This document shows, piece after piece, positions 54,388-64,000 of a stretch of DNA of 64,000 nt (positions are counted from its first letter, which is position 1; each line of letters opens with the position of its first letter). The position numbers were made by a program, and so were the translations under genes. Source of the stretch: Octopus vulgaris (lineage: Eukaryota). The notes beneath the pieces were generated by a model that worked only from the letters and a program-made list of their open reading frames with translations, searched no databases and was not told the origin of the DNA. Location: contig OX597815.1 in assembly GCA_951406725.2 (NCBI GenBank), positions 197,470,001-197,534,000 of the forward strand. The letters run 5' to 3'.

Positions 54388-55269
54388 TACATTTTGGGAC
54401 ATATAATGCCTCAGATAAATTTTGATATTTTTGAGAACATTAATGATTTTTAGCATAATATTGAAAGTATTTCGTTGAATCAATCTTGGACTTGTTCTTT
54501 ACATGTCCCTGTAACCCGAATTCAGTATTGCCGGATCGTGCGTATACTCCATTGCTACTCCACTCCACTACTCACGTGAAAACAAGCATGTACAATCAGT
54601 TAACATCACACAGACACACAGTTACCACCATACGTACACATGCACATACGTTACCACCTACACACACACACGCACACACACACACACACATACACACAGA
54701 TACCAACCGTTCTTTGCACTCCCCTGTCCCAGAAATCTCTTTCTTTTACATTCAAAAATGTAACTACACGTGGACTGATGGCAGTTTTTCCCTCCTTCTT
54801 TTCTCTTTGGACTTTTTTTATGTTTCCTGATTCCGAAGAAGAGCTATGCTCAAACGTAAAACAACCACTCTGTATCCTCTGTGTGTGTTTGTGCGTATGT
54901 GTGTATATATGTATATATGTGTGTGTATACATACACACATAAACCCACACACTAGCAATTCTTACCGGCGTTGTCCAGCTGTTATGAACTACCGCTTCAT
55001 TGAATTACTTGTTCCTTTTTCATGGGCAGAATTGGCACAACTGATATATAGCGAAATAGATTACTGGCGCGATTGAATTTGTCGTTTGTTTAAAAGTGAA
55101 GTGTGGCTTAGGTTTGCATGAAAGTGCTTTTTGTTTTTAAGAAGGATCACATACTATGTATTCTTACATCGTATAAAAGGTAATGAATATGATTTTGTTC
55201 AGAAATCACATTTTAAAAACATTTTAGAATTTCTCACTTCTTCCCTCTGTATCGCAGTTTTATAATTTG

Positions 55270-56745
55270 TAACTGCTTTCCCAATTTCTTTTCCATCCAC
55301 GCAGAAAAAATTTCAGAGAACATCTGTAGGTATGAGAGAAACTTTCGGAATAAATACATTTTCTCGTTTGTGACTACTTGTTATAATTGTTGTCTGTAGG
55401 ACATGGGGATTCATGGAAGTAACAATTAAGCGTGTTCCATTACATAGGTGAGATGGTTTTAAGATTCTTGGACAAAATAATGGGAGAACCCAGTTTTAGT
55501 GTCAAGTTATGCTGTGGCATCCCATTGGGTTTAAATGTGTTCAGAAACTCCACAAGGTATTGAACAACCTGATTTTGATCAACTGTCGTCAATTGATCGA
55601 AATGACACTACTGATGTATCAGATGACTTTTGAAGAAGTTCATAATTGCGTTTATCAGCCATTTCATTGGAGCTAGTATAGTATTTTCACATAACCAGTT
55701 TACAGTAGTGTAATTGATAGCTAAATAAGGACATACTTTATCCATATGATCCATAAAAAAGGATCATCTGACCTCATGTAATTTCATGTAGCTGAAGTAT
55801 TTATTTGAATGTTAATATCAATCTTAATAAGCTCGTATGATCACCTTATAGAAGTACTCTGATGTTGCTTGTAAGATGAAGTTTTTACACGTCCCCAAAG
55901 GTACAATGTTTTGAGGCATGTATTGGCCTTATCGGGGATACCTGGCAAAATTTGATGAAAATCTGCAAGAAGAACTTCCCATGAGCGTGCTATTGTTTTT
56001 TTTATGTCTGGGAGGGTTCGGTCCAGTACTTCTGGAGCTCCACGATGTGACAGTGCAATCATCTCAAAAATTGAGGCAAACTTGTTGAGGACCTGTTGTC
56101 ATTGCAGCGTTTTGTGAAATATTGCACATTTGAGATTTTCTCATTGCAAGGTTTAGAGAGAGCTTGAACATGGAATGTGCAGTTCTCCCACCACCATTGA
56201 GGAGGGTAACTGCAATATGTCCTGACACATGCCATAGCAGCTTGTGTTCATTCGTGCATATATCCAAGACCATCTGTGAATGATGATAAGAGGGTTATAA
56301 GTTGCCCCATGTTTTGAATATCACCATCTGTCCTCAGATCGTCTTGGAGATGAACATAACTTTAGCCTTTAACTTTTTTGATTGTTACAAATGTACAGGA
56401 GACGATGGCTCTCAACCTTAGCATATATACCAAAAAGATATTGCTGAAAGGGGTCACATTATGTGTGTACTTGATTTGATTGTTCTGGTGTTAGCATCAG
56501 TTGGTAAGAATAGAAGTCATTTGACGACACCTTTTTGTTTGTAATTGGCTAATCTGTTGCAAGTTCAATCTGTGGAATATTGAAATGATACCCATCTTGA
56601 CCATTCCACAGAACAAGAGTATACTGGATTGTATTATAAGAGATATGAGTCTCTGAATCGCGTTTAAGGTTGCTACCTCGATAACGAATGGCTACTTCAT
56701 TAGATGTGGGCTCATTAAAACGGCGTGAAATGCCCTTTACCATAA
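55270..56745 (-). mobile_element. Helitron Rep/helicase remnant with internal deletion
   Basis: RRFNEPTSNEVAI...SETHISYNTIQY...GQDGYHFNIPQ...SSFTDGLGYMHE, then PIF1-like GGRTAHSMFKL, LDRTLPDI, DFHQILP, EFLN...GMPQHNLTLKLGSPII...LCNGTRL, VFIPKVSL. Confidence 0.88.
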
Positions 56746-57732
56746 TTTACTGTGGACGTACCGAACGCAGAAATACACACACACACACTTACGGCCGCAT
56801 AAACACTCAGAGTATTGATAATATTGAAAACAGCAAAACGTACACACATGAAGGTCAAGCGAAACGAAATGTAGTTAATATAGTTGCAAAACATACGTTC
56901 TGTATCGTAGTTATGCTATAAATGTTTTTAGGGAATATTTCCAAAAGAAATATTCCAACGTCGGAAAGTCACCAATTCAGCAAAAATTACTATGCCACTC
57001 CAATGTAGCAAAGTAAAGAAAATCAGCATTTATTTGGAACATGTACTACAAGAGGAACTGTCACGAAGAAGAAAATCAAATTCCAAAAATATTCAGAAAG
57101 TATAATTTAATTCTTCATACAAAATAACTTATTATTTCAAAATTTTTAAACGAACGCCGAAAAAAAGAGTGTACAAGGGAATATGTTGCTGTTGTGAACA
57201 TTAATTTAAAACATTTGCAGAAGAATTTACATAGAAACACATTATTTAGTTTGACATCACTTACAATATATTTTAACTGTGTAAGATTATAGGGGGATTT
57301 CCTATTTTACCATCGTAAAATAAATTCAGAAAACAATTTTGTTTAAACTGATGCGAGGAAAATAAAGCATTTATTGATTATAATGAGCTGACATATGAGG
57401 AAGGTTATCACCAAATACAAATTATAAGGGATATATTGTTCAAGAATTGCTAGTAATATTCGACTGAAATGATTGTTGCCAACAGTCCAATTGCGTCAAG
57501 TAAGTTCTGAAAGGTACAGGTAAAATAATTTTCGACTTGTCCCACACTCGGGAAGACTGAAATAGTCTTTTACATTTCGAGCCTACACTCTTCCACAGAA
57601 GAGATTAAGAGAAAACAAGTAGAGGGAACAAAAAACGAAGCAGTGATGTATCTATATATAAATCTCTACATATCTATATCTATAAACACATATGCTTGTG
57701 CGTATGCTTATGTGTGTGTGGGTATATATATA

Positions 57733-57960
57733 TTACGGAGATGTACTCGCATAGCAAGTAATTTGATCTGAGATCGTGTGCTGAAACGGAAACAATTGCA
57801 GCGTGGAAGGTGTTTATAAGCCATTTAAGAAACACACAAAAGCCGTTCGATTCACTTCACCATTTAAGTTTAATTTGTCAAAATATTTTCGTCGCTAAAA
57901 TCCGCGACCTGTTCACTGACAAAGTCCGTGCTGCATCTAAGAAAGTAACAGTTAGTTCGT
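57733..57960 (-). mobile_element. TA-flanked non-coding repeat carrying a hammerhead variant
   Basis: Block between microsatellites; minus-strand 3' end at a TA tract. Confidence 0.5.
57874..57923 (-). ncRNA. Hammerhead-like motif, G3-C8 core variant
   Basis: tttgtca-GTGAACA-g-gtcgc ggatttta gcgac-GAAA-atat-TT-tgacaaa; perfect 7-bp stem I and 5-bp stem II. Confidence 0.65.
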
Positions 57961-58775
57961 CATATATATGTACGTATGTATGTGTGTATGTATGCATACA
58001 TGTGTGTATGTATGTACGTATGCATGTACGCACATACGGCTGTGTATGCATGTATGTATGTAAGTATGTATGTATATATATATATGTGTGTGTATATGCA
58101 CGCACATCCACTCTATAAAACATAAGGCTATAAACCTGTAGCGATGGATGGATGTAGAGTGACCACTCATCACAAAGCAATCAAATTTCAACTTCCTACG
58201 GCCGAAGCTAGAAAGTGAATTTATGACGCTTACTCCCAAAACTATACCCTAAAATCTATTATCAGATTTTTATCTCTATATCACAGAACTATTGTTTTAC
58301 TATTGTGCGTATGTATGTATGTATGTGCGTATGTATGTATGTATGTATGTATGTATGTATGTATGTATGTGTGTATGTATGGGTGTATGTACATACGTAA
58401 GCATGTGCGTATGTATGTATACGCGCTCGTGTGCATGTGCCCATGTATGTGTGTGCGTACATGTACGTGCGTATGTACGTGTGTATGCCCATACGTAGGT
58501 ATGTATGTATGTTTGTATTCATGTGCTACGTATGTATGTGAGTGTCTAGGAGAATTGGCAGATGTGTCTGTGAGAGTGTGTACATGTGTATGTGTATGTG
58601 AACGTATGTCCGTGTACTGGCATGTGTCCGTCCAAGTTGTGTACATGACTGTTACTTTGCTGAAGGTTGTATACATATTTACATATATGTTTGTATAGAC
58701 GCACACACACATATATATATGTGTGTGGGTGTGTGTTTGTTCCTCTCATCATCGTCTAACCGTGAATGGATGGAT

Positions 58776-58836
<61 letters not shown>

Positions 58837-59390
58837 TGTACTGTTCTATGATGATGAGATCAAGGGACAGTACTCCATAGAGTGAGAGATGATCATTTAA
58901 TAAACGCAATACATATTTTTAAGAGATTCTATTAGTTATATGCGATGAACGAATCACAAACAACACTTTTAAAAGGCCTAGTGCCATAGTGCACTCTTCA
59001 AGAAATGCCCACATAGCATAAGCTAAAGGTAAGATGAATGGGTGGGAGGGAAAACTACTGAAGATTAGAAAGAACGTTGATAAACCGGAAAACGAAAAAG
59101 GAAACAGAAAGAAGCGAATTGAGTGAGCTAGAGTTATGTCTCTCTTGACTGTAAAATAAAAGGCTGAAACGTTAGTGACCAAAACTCTGCGGTACATCTG
59201 TTCAACCAGGAGAGGGAGGTACTTACCAACTTGCCAAAAGAATGATAACAGTATGCTTACAACCGCTGAAAATTTCAGATCTAGAATCAATCAGTCTGGT
59301 AGAGTTCTTAGATCTGAGAAGCATCTATGTTCTTTCAGCGCGTAGATTGCATGGATGGACTTTTCGAGTTGTGTTTATTAAATATTTCGC

Positions 59391-59428
<38 letters not shown>

Positions 59429-59522
59429 CTGTGCGTGTGTATGTATGTATGTACGTATAAATAAATAAGCATATTTATATATATATGCATGTATATACGT
59501 ATATATGTATATATCTATCAAT

Positions 59523-59658
<136 letters not shown>

Positions 59659-59766
59659 ATACAGAGAGAGAGATACACATATAGACATGTAGATAGATAC
59701 ACAAATCCAAATGGTACACGCACATCACACGTAAATACATATATATATACAGAGAGAGAGAGAGAA

Positions 59767-59808
<42 letters not shown>

Positions 59809-60763
59809 CAGACAGACAGACAGACAGAGGGAGAGGGAAAGAGAAACAGAAAAGGAGTAAAAAAATTACGAATAGGAGAACGGAAGTGTGAACGCTGTTA
59901 TTCCTTTAATTCTTCGGGATATTGCTAAATTTTTGCTACGCGTACAGAGACTTTTAAGCAAATACCAGCCTGTGATGATTAGATATTACTGCTGCTGGCA
60001 ATTCATTATTTTCTTCACGGTTTAATAGAACATGTTATTCAAGTTAATAAATTGAATATGAATTGTTATTAAGTGATATGATGCTTTAATGTACGAGGAA
60101 CGCGTGGCAAATTGTATCGATTTCTCTATCATCAATTCACATTTATGTAAAGTCAACCAAATCAGCATGCATATTTTATAAAGTCTCATTATCCCCCGTT
60201 TCCAAATTGCTACCTGCTTTCCTTTGTTAGGCAGAGCAAATAATACTACGCAGATAGTATTTGCATTTGGTGAAGAATGGCATATGTTCCTATATTTAAT
60301 ATGCATATTCATTTGTCTAAATCACTTTCATTTATTTATTACTCTCGTTGAAAACTGTACATTACAGGTAAAATGCCGGTCCTTGTATTTCATTTGCGGT
60401 AATGAAGTTTCTAAAGGTTCTAAATGCCATGCAAACCTATGAATTTTTATACACCTATGAAATCAATAAATGGAAGTGGCTTTTACTTTGCCCATAGCCT
60501 TTTCGGTATAGATACATTAAATTGTTACTACTATTGTGTTTGAACATTCTAAGATAAACATTGAACTTTCAATGATAAACGTTTGTATGTTTAGACATTT
60601 CTTGAAATAACATTCTGAAAATTTGCAGCATAGATACGTGACAGTGCTTCATCGATATGCAGCTAAATTATATTGATTTTCCCCTTTTCAATTGTCTCGT
60701 GATTGATTATTTTGGTGGTCCTTACCATCACCCTCCCAACAGTGCTCAAATGTGTTTCACACT

Positions 60764-61081
60764 TTTTTATGTATGCACCCTTTTCAAGACTAGCCAGGCT
60801 CATGGGACCAGTTTCGCGGTTTATATGGCGAATTTGCCCCCCCCCCCCCCAGCTGGATGGGACGCCAGTCCATCGAAGCGTTACTCAAGAAACAGGAAGT
60901 AAAAGTGAGAGAAAGTTGGGACGAAAGAGTACAACAGCGGTCGCCACCACCCCCTGCCGGAGCCTCGTGAAGCTTTAGGCGTTTTCGCTCAATAAACACA
61001 CAACACCCGCTCTGGGAATCGAAACCGCGATCTTCCGACCGCGAGTTCGCTGCTGTAACCACTGGGCCATTGGACCTCCAT
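60764..61081 (-). mobile_element. SINE family B with alternative 3' module
   Basis: Same head and body as 16409-16590, then cgatggactggcgtcccatccag... and an A-rich end. Confidence 0.85.
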
Positions 61082-61707
61082 GTGTTTCATATGTTCTCTC
61101 TTATTTTTAACTTCTTTGACTTTTAGTGCTGGTACTAGTAACTTTGCTTTTTTCTAGTGCTAGCGACACGCAGGCAGGCACTTCTTTCTGTACTCTTTCA
61201 TTCCTCTTAGAAGTAATGCGCATACACATCATGTTTCGTACTAACAAATGATTTCTCCTGTTTTCGACGATATTGATACACTAAAAATTCACCTAAAATA
61301 CTTTTCCAAATCCACATTGTGAAATACAACAGCTGTGTCGATTTCAAATATCGTGGGAAGATAGCCTTCCACAGGACCGAATCAGCGAATGTTCTTATTC
61401 TAATTTTACTCCATCAAAATGTGAAACGTGAAGGGAATATTATAAATATCTTCTGTAACGTATAATTTATCCCTGTAATAAAGTTACACGTGAATTGACT
61501 GCTAGATGTGACATTATTTCATTTGTCCAACTATTTAAACCCTTATGATACAAAGACCTTTCAAAACTTATTTGCAAGACATTTGTGGTGAGTGCGCTAG
61601 CGAAAGCTGTCTATAAACAGATACGCTCACTTATACAGGAACAGATCAACATATGTACGTATAAGTTGCCATCTATATACGCGCTCGCGCATACACACAC
61701 ATATACC

Positions 61708-61907
61708 CTTTACTCTCTCTTTATTCTTTTACTTCTTTCAGTCATTTGACTGTGGCCATGCTGGAGCACCTCGTTTAGTCGAGCAAATCGACCCCAGGAC
61801 TTATTCTTTGTAAGCCTAGTACTTATTCTATCGGTCTCTTTTGCCGAACCGCTAAGCTACGGAGATGTAAACACACCAGCATTGGTTGTCAAGCGATGGT
61901 GGGAGGA

Positions 61908-61984
<77 letters not shown>

Positions 61985-62156
61985 GCATATATACGACGGG
62001 CTTTTTTCAGTTTCCATCTACCAAATCCACTGACAAGGCTTTGGTCGGTCCGAGGCTATAGTAGAATACACTCGCTCAAGGTGCCACGCAGTGGGACTGA
62101 ACCCGGAACCATGTGGTTGGCAAGATATCTACTTAGCACACAGCCACTCCTGCGCC
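61708..62156 (-). mobile_element. SINE family A, full length
   Basis: Aligns with the other family A copies. Confidence 0.92.
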
Positions 62157-62714
62157 TATATATACGCCTACGCATACACCAATACGAAGCTCTGTGTATC
62201 TACAAACACGCACACACATGTATATATATATATACACGGTTCACATTTATAAACTGAATAGAAAACCTCTATGAAGTAATAATTCGTAACAGAATTATTG
62301 TAGGGCAAATTTGCCCTTGAATGAGAATGAAAGTTACGGTACATTTTGCCATAATTGCGGCTTCATATGAGCTGAAGTACACTATACACCATAAGCATTC
62401 GGCGAAGAATATACAAGCAATATCGAGTAAGGCTTCAGTGATTGATTTATTAAGGTAATGATGTGCGTAGGCACGGGGATTAGTGGCAAGGGTGTTGCAC
62501 ACGATCGGAACATTATTCTTTCGATTCCTATACGGGCGAGGAGTTATTGTTTTTTGAAAAGCACTTCCATTTCACACTGCTTCAAACCATTCTGCGATGG
62601 ACTTTAAGCGGAATATTTGCTGTGCGGAATCTGGGAAGAATCTTTAAACACTCTCTTGTGTATTTATGATGGTATGGATGTATGTATGCATATATGTATG
62701 TATTTATGTGTGCG

Positions 62715-62815
<101 letters not shown>

Positions 62816-62943
62816 GAATGGAGCTGAACGACGAATTATGCCCTAGGCACGTAACTTCAACCGTGTTTTTTCTGATGTGAATTTGCTACCCAGGTATCGG
62901 TTAATTCGAATGATCCTTAATAAGATAACTCATTCAACTACTA

Positions 62944-63002
<59 letters not shown>

Positions 63003-63006
<4 letters not shown>

Positions 63007-63210
63007 CCATGATAGATCATTAGCTCCTACACGCATTTTTTTCTCTCCTTGTTTTTTTCTGTGTCCCTTTCTGTCGAAGAGCGTAGGCTCGAAACGTAAA
63101 AGACTTTTTCTATTTCTATTCCTTAGCGCTATACTAATACATTTGTTTGTTTGTACTCCACTAGCCTTCGTCTTTTGTTTATTTTCGTAAACTTTTCCTT
63201 TATGTTTATA
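63003..63210 (+). mobile_element. Penelope-like tail with minimal hammerhead (CUGUNGA family)
   Basis: cttt-CTGTCGA-a-gagc gtag gctc-GAAA-cg-TA-aaag at 63067-63102; TA on both sides. Confidence 0.7.
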
Positions 63211-63948
63211 TATATTTATACATATAGGTGTGTGTGTGCACGTGTGTGTATGTATATCTATTCCATCGTTTGTGGCGGGAGGGACTAAGATATATACATA
63301 CAAATCTTGTATTCTAAATACACTTTTCTACGGGGAAGAAGCATGGTCTCCAAACTAGAGATTTATAAAGAAATTCAAAATCTTTCACATGCACTGTTTA
63401 CGCAATATCTGCAACATATAATAGCAGCATAAGATATCAAAAGCCAAGATTTTAGCAAAATGTGATATCTTCAGTATCGAAGGCATTCTGCTGAGTATTC
63501 AGTGCAGATGGGTCGGACACGCTTGACTGCAAGATAATCGCTTTCCCAAATAACTGTTTTGTACAACCAACAATAAGAAGTGTACAGCAGTAATAGAAAG
63601 TTCATACTGAGGTATAAGGAAATTTTCAAAAAAATCACTAAAATCTGGATGGCGTAAAATATGTCATGATGCATCTGAACCATTTAAATGAAAGAAAAAG
63701 AAAAACGAAAGAATCATATCCTGCTATCGACAGGCACAGTTGTCCAATACTAAGGAAAATCATTTTCGTCCCTATTGTGACGTAATGGCAAAATCTATAC
63801 CTAGACTCAAATTAAATTCACTCATCCATTGCATATAGATGTGTTAATATTTCGTGTTAATATTTTTTGTAACTCTTTCTTGTTAATACTTTCCTGAAAA
63901 TACTCATACGGCGAGATCGATGGAAGTGGTCCTCATAGATATATATAT

Positions 63949-64000
<52 letters not shown>

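Overview
Very AT-rich, microsatellite-dense eukaryotic DNA. I recognise no host protein-coding exon and no rRNA or tRNA gene. The repeat content resembles an octopus/cephalopod intronic or intergenic region (inference from SINE families and microsatellite load; not verified). Nearly all long ORFs in the track are translations of (TA)n, (CA)n, (TATC)n or triplet repeats. Recognisable content is transposon debris: three tRNA-derived SINE families; non-LTR retroelement 3' ends (CR1-like, RTE, R4/Dong-like, Tx1/L1-like); Penelope-like elements (PLEs) with GIY-YIG remnants; four mariner loci plus a DD37D element; an internally deleted Helitron; and an LTR/PBS-like tandem structure. The most interesting signal is a set of unrelated short non-coding modules that end at (TA)n tracts and each carry a type I hammerhead-ribozyme fold, mostly with a palindromic stem III. 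These include apparent natural core variants (U3-A8 and G3-C8 swaps of the C3-G8 pair, and a CUGUNGA family), and several occur as head-to-head palindromes. All folds and alignments were done by eye; coordinates of degraded elements are approximate.
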